A stretch of DNA of 32,000 bases from Bdellovibrionales bacterium (GCA_963692945.1 OY843585.1:1380001-1412000); one strand, 5' to 3'. Counted from the stretch's first letter, positions 7,022 to 15,021 are shown. Notes: generated by a model from the letters alone, not told the origin. Made by a program: numbers and translations.

Positions 7022-7741
7022 TTGGATTGGGATTATTCTAAGGAAGACTCTTCTTTTCTCAAAGAACATCAGTCGGAATTAAGGTATGACCATTCAAAAA
7101 AAGTGTTACTTGGATGTTTACACTTTAAAGCTAAAAATTTTGATAAAGAAATTGAAGATCATTATGAGATAGAAATTGATTTTAATCAAACATGTCCTCT
7201 ACCTTCAGTTAAAGAAACAAATGGTAGAATTGAGCAAATAGCAAAAAAGAAAAATAAGAATCTTGTAGACCTCCATGTAGACACACCTGATAGAATGCTA
7301 TGCCTGTGCTCTAGAATAAAAGCATTTGAATATTCAGAAAAATTCAATATAAGTAATTCTCCTATTGCTGATTTTATTACAGATCTGATAATACCATTTT
7401 TTTATAGTTTAAGCTATTTTGAAAAATTTAACGAATATCCATTTGGAGAATTGAAACATGGTATCCCTGGGCTTGTTAAAGATATGAAAGATAATTTACC
7501 AATTTTTTTAAAATACTCAGATCAATATCAAGAAATGAAATCAACAGAATTCAATAATTTGATTAATAGTTATATTAAACAAGATACAAAACTAGCTGAA
7601 AAATGTAAGCCAATCTCCCGAAAAATTGGTCGGAATGAACGATGCCCTTGCGGCAGTGGTATTAAATATAAAAAGTGCCATATTGAAAAAAAACATTTAT
7701 TATTGATAGAGAAAATAAAAAATCACGTTAATCACCACTAA
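7022..7741 (+). CDS. SEC-C zinc-motif protein with N-terminal domain showing an E2/UBC-like signature (tentative)
   Basis: The TTG start is 1 nt after the upstream stop, with GGAG 8 nt upstream. There is no in-frame ATG for about 90 codons. The C-terminus RNERCPCGSGIKYKKCH is a SEC-C motif. The N-terminal YEIEIDFNQTCPLPSVKE...DLHVDTPDRMLCLCS resembles the E2 beta-sheet plus HPN-x-Cys loop. Confidence 0.55.
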   Translation: MDWDYSKEDSSFLKEHQSELRYDHSKKVLLGCLHFKAKNFDKEIEDHYEIEIDFNQTCPLPSVKETNGRIEQIAKKKNKNLVDLHVDTPDRMLCLCSRIKAFEYSEKFNISNSPIADFITDLIIPFFYSLSYFEKFNEYPFGELKHGIPGLVKDMKDNLPIFLKYSDQYQEMKSTEFNNLINSYIKQDTKLAEKCKPISRKIGRNERCPCGSGIKYKKCHIEKKHLLLIEKIKNHVNHH

Positions 7742-7971
7742 AAGGTTTTTATAAATGTGAAGTTAAACTTATGAGAAAGGGTAACCCTGAAAGTGCTGAT
7801 ACTGTAATAGCTAGAGATAGTAAGGTATTTATTGCTGACAAAACTATCAGAAACCAATAAAAATCAATTAGATAAGTTAAATATTCTATGGATGAAATTA
7901 AGAAATAAAAATGGCTTTATTTATCTGGATTTATTGAGGCAGAGGGCTATTTACAGATTAGCATATAGTAC

Positions 7972-8703
7972 TCATTTTTTACATAACCATTTGGAATAAG
8001 TTTTAATATCTATCATAGAAACAGTAGCTTTTAATTGTAATTGTGAAATAAAATAAAACAGAAATAATGTTGCAGATTCTTTCTTATTAAAAATCTCATA
8101 CTTCTTTTTCTTTTGATTATAAGAAAAATAGCCATGGGACAAAATACAACCTAAATCTAACACACCAACATCTTTTCTTTTATTAAGCGATTTTTCCAAA
8201 GATTTTCCTAAAGGCGTCTGCCAATCACTTTCAAAAGCTAAAATCCCTCCAGAAATATATGGAGGGTCTTTAGGTTCATATTCTCCTCCTGCATGTGGAA
8301 TAGGAAGACTAGTTCTAAATAATTTTCTTACACTTTCTATTTTTTTTTGAGCATAAGAAATTGCATCAGAATCAACTTTTTGCTTAACCTCAAATACAGC
8401 ATAAACACTTTCAGCGGGAAGAATAGTTACTTCATTAAACTTAAAGAGGATAGGAGAATATTGACGATCAAATATAACTATATCTATTTGCTCACTAAAA
8501 TTATTTTTACTATCAACAACATGAGCTCTTGTTGCTTGATAACGTTCGGGCAGATAGTTTTGAAAAATTTTTAACCATGCTTTTTCAGTAGAATCTCCTT
8601 TAACTACAGGGTGATAATTCATGTTTTTATAAGAAATCTCCAATTCATTTTGAATTGAACTATGTATGGAAGAAAAAATCTTACTTAAGGAACAATCTTT
8701 CAT
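7972..8703 (-). CDS. nucC: CBASS effector endonuclease NucC (restriction-endonuclease fold)
   Basis: It is 243 aa and is the last gene of the operon, with an ATGA overlap with the AAA+ gene. The PD-(D/E)xK-type motif is QIDIVIFDRQYSP...AESVYAVFEVKQ. SLPIPHAGG and FESDW strings match what I recall of NucC. Confidence 0.8.
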   Translation of the reverse strand: MKDCSLSKIFSSIHSSIQNELEISYKNMNYHPVVKGDSTEKAWLKIFQNYLPERYQATRAHVVDSKNNFSEQIDIVIFDRQYSPILFKFNEVTILPAESVYAVFEVKQKVDSDAISYAQKKIESVRKLFRTSLPIPHAGGEYEPKDPPYISGGILAFESDWQTPLGKSLEKSLNKRKDVGVLDLGCILSHGYFSYNQKKKKYEIFNKKESATLFLFYFISQLQLKATVSMIDIKTYSKWLCKK

Positions 8704-9632
8704 ATAGAATCCTCTCTAAAAGGTGGTGTGGGAATAATCTGTTTTGCAATTTCTATAGCACGCTTTGGTTCAATAGCTTTATCAGGGTAGGCATCAATTA
8801 TAATTTGAGATAATAGTCGATGAGTCAAATCAGAAAATGTAAAGCCATAATTACGAACTTTATTTTTTCCTGTAGCTTCTACAATAGATTCAATATTTTT
8901 TTCAGAAAAACCAAAGTCTTTTAAAAACTGTAGCAATAAGAATCGCTGTTTTTCATCTGGTCTTTTAAAAGTTAAAATATTTGTGGAACGACGTTTTATT
9001 GCTGGATCAAGAGCATTAGTTCTATTGGTACACATTATTATTACTACAGGTATTTTATTGTTTTTAATCTTATCAATACCTCGAATAAAGGCATTAACCC
9101 CTGCTCGATCTTCATGATGCATTTGCATTGTCTCTCTTGACTGAGCTAAAGCATCAGCTTCATCTATAAGAAAAATGATAGCTCCACTACATTTATCTTT
9201 TTGTTTTAACTTTTGAGCTTCAGAAGTTACATGATTAAAAGCACTTGATAAGAGTTGTGTCATTTCACCAACCCTTCCTCTTCCTCGTGTTGAAAGACTT
9301 AATGGAAACAATGTAATATTAAGATTTTCTTTTCTTGCCACAGCATCACCTATTGTTTCTGCCAACTCAGATTTTCCACAACCAACATCACCCTCAAGGA
9401 CAACTAAAGGAGAGATTCTAAACAATGCATTTAATGAATCTTTAGAACTTTTTGGATGATATTTTTTAATCCATGTTTCCATGCCAGAATAATTAATTAT
9501 TAAGCTTATTATTTTCATCAAATTTGTTTTATGATTATCTAATCCAACCAATTGATCAAATCGCTCCTTATAATCAATATCAGGGTATTGAATATGTTTT
9601 TCAAATAACTCATTCATGCTTGGTTGATTCAT
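8700..9632 (-). CDS. cap6: CBASS TRIP13/Pch2-like AAA+ ATPase (Cap6)
   Basis: Walker A is GDVGCGKSELAE and Walker B is AIIFLIDEADAL. It is 310 aa and sits between the HORMA-size gene and nucC. Confidence 0.8.
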   Translation of the reverse strand: MNQPSMNELFEKHIQYPDIDYKERFDQLVGLDNHKTNLMKIISLIINYSGMETWIKKYHPKSSKDSLNALFRISPLVVLEGDVGCGKSELAETIGDAVARKENLNITLFPLSLSTRGRGRVGEMTQLLSSAFNHVTSEAQKLKQKDKCSGAIIFLIDEADALAQSRETMQMHHEDRAGVNAFIRGIDKIKNNKIPVVIIMCTNRTNALDPAIKRRSTNILTFKRPDEKQRFLLLQFLKDFGFSEKNIESIVEATGKNKVRNYGFTFSDLTHRLLSQIIIDAYPDKAIEPKRAIEIAKQIIPTPPFREDSI

Positions 9633-9636
9633 AGTT

Positions 9637-10149
9637 CTAACTCCTTAAAATTTTTCTTGTTATACTTCTTCCTCCCGAAGAGTATGTAAGATCTTCAATA
9701 AAACTTCCTTTAAAAGATGGCTCTTGTCCAACTACTCTTGAAAATGGAAATGATTTTTGAATTGTGTTTTGTTCTTCCGGTGATAACTTATACCATTTTT
9801 GATTATATTCTAAAAAACTAGTAAAATGTGCACCAGAAACATCTGCCCATGGAGGAATTTTTCCTGGATCATCATCATCTCCACAGTCTATCATTAACTT
9901 ATCAGAAGTATATTCTAAAGTTTGTTCAATATATTGTTCATCTTTTTTAAAGCCATAAATAACAAATTTAAAAATATTGTGCATTAACAGTATAACAACT
10001 TCCTTGTAATACTGTTCAATTTCATGATCGCTTGGTGCTCCATAAAGTCTTTGGATGCGTTTTAAGTCAGTCTGTATTTTACTTGCTAAATACCCCGCAT
10101 TTGTTTTTGTAAAAACTTCAGTGTCTGATTCAGTATAACTATAACTCAT
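9637..10149 (-). CDS. cap7: CBASS HORMA-domain protein (Cap7)
   Basis: It is 170 aa and sits immediately downstream of the CD-NTase (GGAGGA RBS) and upstream of TRIP13, the canonical type III CBASS position and size. I cannot verify the fold by eye. Confidence 0.65.
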   Translation of the reverse strand: MSYSYTESDTEVFTKTNAGYLASKIQTDLKRIQRLYGAPSDHEIEQYYKEVVILLMHNIFKFVIYGFKKDEQYIEQTLEYTSDKLMIDCGDDDDPGKIPPWADVSGAHFTSFLEYNQKWYKLSPEEQNTIQKSFPFSRVVGQEPSFKGSFIEDLTYSSGGRSITRKILRS

Positions 10150-10160
10150 TATATTCCTCC

Positions 10161-11117
10161 CTATTTAAAAAAAGATGATCCAAAAATTTTTTGCCAATAA
10201 TATACCGTCTTTTGTTTTGTAGTAGCGTATAGGGCAGCGTCTATAGCATCTCCAGCTTCTAAAGATTTTTCAACAATTATACTAACCATTTCTTTAGAAT
10301 AATTTTTACTTACATTATTACTCTTATTCACAGGGTCAATAATTTGCACTGGATCATCAAAACTTTCTAAATATACTGCTTCATAGTAATCAAAAAACTC
10401 TATACGCTTTTGCAACTGACTTGTAGCAATGTAAGTGAAAAAATGTTGAAGAACCTCAGGATAATCAGAGAAATCGAAACCCTTATCTAAAAGATGAGCT
10501 AATATGATCTCTACCATAAAAGATTTGAATTTGAAATCAGGGTTTTCTCGTTTTGTTTTTTGTATCCAAAATTTTATCAAACGAACTATTTGCGAAAAAT
10601 GCTCACACTTTTCTTTTCTCTTTTGTATAAACTTAATGTGTCTTAGAATATTAGTTTTAAGGAGAGTTCCATCCTCTTGACTTATTAAATCACCGTCCCA
10701 ATTTGAATCACCATTATATAAAATAGGTACAATATCAACATCTAGACCTGTGCCACGAAATGATATTTTCAAGCTATAGTTTTGACATGTAATTTGATCA
10801 CTATTGAAATTGGGAAATTTTGAACATAAATAATTAGATAAGTCTTGTAATAAATTTTGAATATTAAATTCTTCACCTTTTATATAACAAGCCACATCTA
10901 TATCATTCAATGATCGTAAAGCTGTTCCTTTAGCTAAGCTCCCAGATAAGATCATTTTCCTTAATTTGAAATCTGGATTAGTACCAAGATATTCCTCTAA
11001 TTTCTCTCTTAAATTTCTCACTTGAGCACGATATTTATCAGATTTGTCTTTTGGTAAGTTAACTTGATTCTGAGCAAAATTAACTATCTCTTTGTGGTTT
11101 ACATATTCCCTTGACAT
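10161..11117 (-). CDS. cdnC: cGAS/DncV-like nucleotidyltransferase (CD-NTase, CdnC-like)
   Basis: The Pol-beta NTase active-site pattern is present: GSLAKGTALRSLNDIDVACY (G-S...DxD) with a third acidic motif GLDVDIVP. It is 318 aa and is the first gene of a four-gene operon. Confidence 0.8.
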   Translation of the reverse strand: MSREYVNHKEIVNFAQNQVNLPKDKSDKYRAQVRNLREKLEEYLGTNPDFKLRKMILSGSLAKGTALRSLNDIDVACYIKGEEFNIQNLLQDLSNYLCSKFPNFNSDQITCQNYSLKISFRGTGLDVDIVPILYNGDSNWDGDLISQEDGTLLKTNILRHIKFIQKRKEKCEHFSQIVRLIKFWIQKTKRENPDFKFKSFMVEIILAHLLDKGFDFSDYPEVLQHFFTYIATSQLQKRIEFFDYYEAVYLESFDDPVQIIDPVNKSNNVSKNYSKEMVSIIVEKSLEAGDAIDAALYATTKQKTVYYWQKIFGSSFFK

Positions 11118-11270
11118 AAGCTTCCTTCCTTTTAGGTATTATTCTCAATTTAATAATGCTATATTAACATAATGATAATAAAAGTCAAGCAAAAAATTTT
11201 CAATCTGTAAATTTTTTATTTCCTATCCGTAAATTTGATGATAATCTATAAATAAAATAAGGAGGAAAGG
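11118..11270. promoter_or_regulatory. Divergent cdnC / capH promoter-operator region
   Basis: This is a 153-bp intergenic region between divergent operons. Direct repeats CTGTAAATTT (11205-11214) and CCGTAAATTT (11227-11236) are 22 nt apart, just upstream of a TATAAA box (11247-11252) and the capH RBS AAGGAGGA. Confidence 0.4.
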
Positions 11271-11624
11271 ATGAAAAAACTCAATAAAGACACTATAAAA
11301 AAGAGAATTACTACAGAAAGAGAGAAAAGAGGTTGGACACAGGCTGAGCTAGCTAAAAAAGCAAGAATCACTCCTGCTGCTATATGTCAAATTGAAAAAG
11401 GAGATCGCACACCAACAATTCCCGTTCTCCATCGAATAGCTCAAGTTCTTCAAGTTTCATTAGATTATTTAGCTGGATATAAAGATTCTGTAGAACAAGA
11501 GGATGTTCAAAAGAATTCAGAGTTAAAAGTATTTTTCAGAAAATACAGAAAACTTGATCAAAAAGATAAAGAATTTATTGAAACCTACATTCATACAATA
11601 TCAAAAACAAAGGAAAAAAAATAA
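11271..11624 (+). CDS. capH: XRE-family HTH repressor (CapH-like CBASS regulator)
   Basis: The HTH is WTQAELAKKARITPAAICQIEKGDRTPTIPVLHRIAQVLQVSLDYL. It is divergent from the CBASS operon and its stop overlaps the peptidase start (TAATG). Confidence 0.75.
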   Translation: MKKLNKDTIKKRITTEREKRGWTQAELAKKARITPAAICQIEKGDRTPTIPVLHRIAQVLQVSLDYLAGYKDSVEQEDVQKNSELKVFFRKYRKLDQKDKEFIETYIHTISKTKEKK

Positions 11625-12490
11625 TGTGTCCTAAAAAGGAAGCTGGAAAAATTTTGGAAGAGATGGGAATAGATGAACTACCTATTGATCCTGTAAAAAT
11701 TATTGATTCTTTAGATATTAAAAGAATGGATCATGATTTTAATAGTATTGAAGGGTTTTCTTTTTTTGACCCTAAAAACAAGAAATTTCATATAGGTGTA
11801 AACTCTCAAATCACAAACCTGCAAAGAAAAAAATTCACCTATGCTCATGAATTAGGACATGTATGTTTAGATGGAGGCAACCTTAATAGTTGCCAACAAA
11901 GTGATATTAATTGTTTTAAAAGGTTAGATCCAAGTGAAATAAATGCTAATACATTTGCCAGCCACTTATTACTTCCTGAGTCTTTAATAAAAGATAAAAT
12001 CAAGGGCATAGAACCAAGCTGGGATGAAATTTCCAAACTGTCTAAGATAACACAAACATCTTTAATAACAGCTGCCACTCGTTTTATTGAACTTACTGAT
12101 CATATATGTTTATTAGCTGTAATTGGAGAAAATAAATGTATTAAATATTTTAAAAAATCTCAAAGTTGGTTTTTGCATTTTGATATGAATAGTCGCATTA
12201 TTGCTACTGAATCTTGTACACATAAATCTTTTTTAAGAAAGGAGTCCTCTGACTTTACAAATATTCAAGCTAACCTTTGGATAGATGATAAAAGAGTATC
12301 TCCTGATGCTCAACTTTTGGAATGGTCACTCCCTATCAATTCTTATCGAGAAGTATTAACTCTTCTTTGGGATGATGAAGGGCTTTTAGAAAGTAATGAA
12401 TATGAAAATAATCAGATATTTCATGACAACACTAATAAAATAGGAGGAGTTTGGTCTCCACCTACATTCCATAAAAGTAAAAGAAAATAA
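11624..12490 (+). CDS. capP: ImmA/IrrE-family Zn-metallopeptidase (CapP-like CBASS regulator)
   Basis: The HExxH motif is FTYAHELGHVCL, with the downstream ANTFASHLLLPE typical of the ImmA/IrrE family. It is 288 aa with a C-terminal domain of about 150 aa. Confidence 0.75.
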   Translation: MCPKKEAGKILEEMGIDELPIDPVKIIDSLDIKRMDHDFNSIEGFSFFDPKNKKFHIGVNSQITNLQRKKFTYAHELGHVCLDGGNLNSCQQSDINCFKRLDPSEINANTFASHLLLPESLIKDKIKGIEPSWDEISKLSKITQTSLITAATRFIELTDHICLLAVIGENKCIKYFKKSQSWFLHFDMNSRIIATESCTHKSFLRKESSDFTNIQANLWIDDKRVSPDAQLLEWSLPINSYREVLTLLWDDEGLLESNEYENNQIFHDNTNKIGGVWSPPTFHKSKRK

Positions 12491-12530
12491 ATTATAAAAG
12501 ATCTAAAAGCTCTTTTTGCTAAATAATAAA

Positions 12531-12597
12531 GCCATTTTTTTATGTAAAGAATAGCTTTTATTGATGGTGGATGTTTTTTTGCAAGAGATACAAAGTA
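12531..12597 (+). pseudogene. Remnant of an NYN gene 5' end (direct repeat of 5383-5451)
   Basis: GCCATTTTTTTATGTAAAGAATAGCTTTTATTGATGGTGGATGTTTTTTTGCAAGAGATACAAAGTA aligns with 5383-5451. Codon 2 is now TAA (ATGCAA -> ATGTAA), and there are a 3-nt deletion and T-run length changes. Confidence 0.75.
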
Positions 12598-12672
12598 TAT
12601 CAATGTAAGGCAGTATTAACTAATCCTATTAACTTTACTTGATATTAAAAAAAACTGTCCGATAGGTATAAA

Positions 12673-13230
12673 ATGAGCATTCAAGAGACCGAAGAAATTA
12701 CTTTTAATTGTACACATGGAACATTTAAATCTAATAGTAATAAAATACTTGAAGATAGATTTAATTTTAGCGATGGCACTTGTGGTGAAGCTGTCTATTT
12801 TTGGACTGGTATTGATGGTTTTATAATAGACTTAGCTAAGGATTGGGTTAACTTAAAAAAGAAAAAAACTGAAAATGAAGGTGCTGTCATTAGTTGTAAA
12901 ATAAAAGTTCCTGAACATAGTATAATCGACCTTTCTTCGTTTGAGATGATTAAAGAATACAGCAATTTTATTTTAAAAAAGGGGCATAAAAATTTATGCA
13001 ATTTAAATAAAAAAAGCAGAATCACTATATTAAAAGATTTCTTAGAGACTTTTACTTTTGAAAGTGGAAGAGATTATATTTGCTACCTGACAAGACATTT
13101 TATGGAAACAGATGAAAATTTTACATTTCCTGTTAAAATTTTTGGACACCCCTTTTGTTTGGTTGTAAAGTCACTAGAAGTTATTCCTCGTAATTTAATT
13201 TCTAGTGACTTTACTATCACTCAAAAATAA
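12673..13230 (+). CDS. Hypothetical protein with ADP-ribosyltransferase-like H-Y-E signature (tentative)
   Basis: NCTHGTFKSNSNKILEDRFNFSDGTCGEAVYFW fits the HG(S/T)-x(8-10)-I-x(3)-F ... G-x-x-(V/I)-Y-F pattern of PARP/DarT-like ARTs. A possible catalytic Glu lies in KSLEVIP. The gene is preceded by a GTCCGATA box. Confidence 0.35.
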   Translation: MSIQETEEITFNCTHGTFKSNSNKILEDRFNFSDGTCGEAVYFWTGIDGFIIDLAKDWVNLKKKKTENEGAVISCKIKVPEHSIIDLSSFEMIKEYSNFILKKGHKNLCNLNKKSRITILKDFLETFTFESGRDYICYLTRHFMETDENFTFPVKIFGHPFCLVVKSLEVIPRNLISSDFTITQK

Positions 13231-13251
13231 GGTAAAAAGGGAAGAGGTAAA

Positions 13252-13512
13252 ATGAGTAAAAAAATCAAATCTTTTAGACAAATATGTGAGGACTACTCAC
13301 ATAAAATTAATAATATGAATGATGATGAGTTTAAAAAATACATAGAAGAATCTAGGAAAAGACAAGCAAATAACCCAAACCATATAGTCCACGATTTAGA
13401 AAAAGCAGGGTTATTAGATAATTTTGATAAAATATATTATGCTCCAGCAGAGTCTACCTCTGTTGATAAAATACATTATACACCACCAGATTCTAAGAAC
13501 TTATGTGGATGA
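13252..13512 (+). CDS. Small hypothetical protein (86 aa)
   Basis: It lies 21 nt downstream of the previous gene, with a GAAGAGG RBS-like sequence. No motif was recognised. Confidence 0.45.
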   Translation: MSKKIKSFRQICEDYSHKINNMNDDEFKKYIEESRKRQANNPNHIVHDLEKAGLLDNFDKIYYAPAESTSVDKIHYTPPDSKNLCG

Positions 13513-13704
13513 CATTTCAAGAAAAATAGGATTGCCATTTCCTATAACACTTCCACTTGTAAAGATTAACTTAAAATAAAAAAAGATGAAAAACGAATTA
13601 TCGTAAATACGCTACTATCGAACCCTGTTTTGAATGGGCTAAGCATTGAATATAACTACCGTTTTCCGTTCAATTTGATGGTCAATATTACTACTCGTAC
13701 CAAA

Positions 13705-13781
13705 TGGCGGGGTGGACGGGACTCGAACCCGCGACCTCCGGCGTGACAGGCCGGCGTTCTAACCAGCTGAACTACCACCCC
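13705..13781 (-). tRNA. tRNA-Asp (anticodon GTC)
   Basis: The reverse complement is GGGGTGG TA GTTC AGCTGGTTA GAAC G CCGGC CTGTCAC GCCGG AGGTC GCGGG TTCGAGT CCCGT CCACCCC G CCA. This is a full cloverleaf of 77 nt with an encoded CCA. Confidence 0.95.
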
Positions 13782-13980
13782 AAAGATTTAAAATCTCTAG
13801 TCTGTTTTTAGATATACTATAATAACCTATTTATTCAATAAATATTTGCTTACTATAGTAAGTGTCTCAATTTGTTCCATTAAAAAAAGCCTTGTTTATC
13901 CAAATTCCATAAAAAAAATTTGTTTTATGTATGTTATGGTCCATAATTTTATTTTGAACACATAAAAAAAGGAATTGATT

Positions 13981-14634
13981 ATGATCAATATAAAAAGAGA
14001 ATCTCGCTCTTGCTTTAGAAAAAATAAAGGGTTTTCACTAATAGAGTTACTTGTAGTTGTAGCCATTATTGGAATTTTAGTTGCTGTGGCTATACCAACA
14101 TACAGTCACTATAAAGTAGATGCCGCTCAATCTTCATTGACGGCTTCTCTACACTCTGTCGGAAAGGCATTTGCTGCTTGTCTTGCATTGAGATCCTTTA
14201 GTAATTGTAACAGCCTATCAGAATTGAAAGTGAGTTGTCCGGACTGTACTAAAGAATCCACTGGAAGAACCGCTATACCTTATTGTGTTGAAGCTAAATT
14301 ACAAGCAGGAGGAATAAACCATAAGGCATGTATGTCTTCTTCGGGAGGAATTCCTTCAATTACTGGTAACTGGGACAGTCTTTGTAAAGATGTAATAGCA
14401 GTTTATATTTGTGACAATGATGGTTTTGGATTTATTCCATTAAATCCAACTGTTTGTAGTCAGATAGGTTGTCTTAACCCATCTGCAATTAAGCCAAAAA
14501 ATAATCAACAGAAATGCAACGCAAATATTGAACGTGCATACCATAATTGTGGTGATGATAATAACCCTGAAGCTCGTTCAAGACATAGTAGTTTTGTTGG
14601 AAATTGTGATGTTAATACTGGACTGTGTAGTTAA
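13981..14634 (+). CDS. Type IV pilin paralog A (17-aa leader, Cys-rich)
   Basis: MINIKRESRSCFRKNKG|FSLIELLVVVAIIGILVAVAIPTY. ATG 13981 has AGGA 7 nt upstream and is preferred over the track's TTG 13975. The first ~130 aa are almost identical to 15022-15672, and the C-terminal ~85 aa are divergent. Confidence 0.85.
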   Translation: MINIKRESRSCFRKNKGFSLIELLVVVAIIGILVAVAIPTYSHYKVDAAQSSLTASLHSVGKAFAACLALRSFSNCNSLSELKVSCPDCTKESTGRTAIPYCVEAKLQAGGINHKACMSSSGGIPSITGNWDSLCKDVIAVYICDNDGFGFIPLNPTVCSQIGCLNPSAIKPKNNQQKCNANIERAYHNCGDDNNPEARSRHSSFVGNCDVNTGLCS

Positions 14635-14729
14635 TAACTAACTACTTCCAATTGATAGTTTAGGAATTGTTTTAAGAGCACACAAACATTTAGTTAATAA
14701 CTAACCACTTCCAATTGATAGTTTAGGAT
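14628..14729 (+). repeat. 63-bp tandem repeat (about 1.6 units) starting inside the pilin A stop region
   Basis: TAGTTAATAACTAAC(T/C)ACTTCCAATTGATAGTTTAGGA occurs at 14628 and again at 14691. Confidence 0.8.
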
Positions 14730-15021
14730 ATATTTATTAGCTAAACTTTTTATCTACTTTGGAACTTCTAAACAACTTTATAAAGATTGATTCTTGAACT
14801 TGATAAGTTTCTACCTAGAATTTTTAAAAAATAGAGATTTCAATATCAAGTGTTAAACTATTGAGCTGTAATAAAAGTGTCTCAATTTGTTTCACTGAAA
14901 AAAGTGTCTCAATTTGTTTTACTAAAAAAGCCTTAGTTTATTTGATTCTATAAAAAAATTTTTAATTTATGTATCTAATGAGTCATAATTTTATTTTAAA
15001 CAATAACAAAAGGAGTTAATG

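Larger units (their letters stand above)
5179..13704. mobile_element. tRNA-Asp-associated genomic (defence) island with no integrase in the window
   Basis: The island is bounded by the intact tRNA-Asp 3' end (13705) and a same-orientation partial copy (5179-5243). Its cargo is almost entirely conflict-system genes. Pilin paralogs lie on both outer flanks. Confidence 0.6.

Noticed and set aside
7742-7971. 29-codon ORF (about 7771-7860) and possible terminators in the convergent SEC-C / nucC gap
   Set aside because: The ORF is too short and has no RBS. Only weak A/T-only palindromes are present, so no convincing terminator was found.
5244-13704. Integrase/recombinase gene expected in a tRNA island
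   Set aside because: No ORF in the island shows tyrosine- or serine-recombinase features, and all ORFs of 60 aa or more are otherwise accounted for. The island is therefore called integrase-less rather than an active mobile element.
13800-15021. Sigma-54 (-24 GG / -12 GC) promoters upstream of the pilin genes
   Set aside because: I scanned the conserved upstream regions and the minus-strand region 2588-2700. No TGGCAC-N5-TTGC-like element is present, only CTGCA...(T/C)GCA strings lacking the GG.
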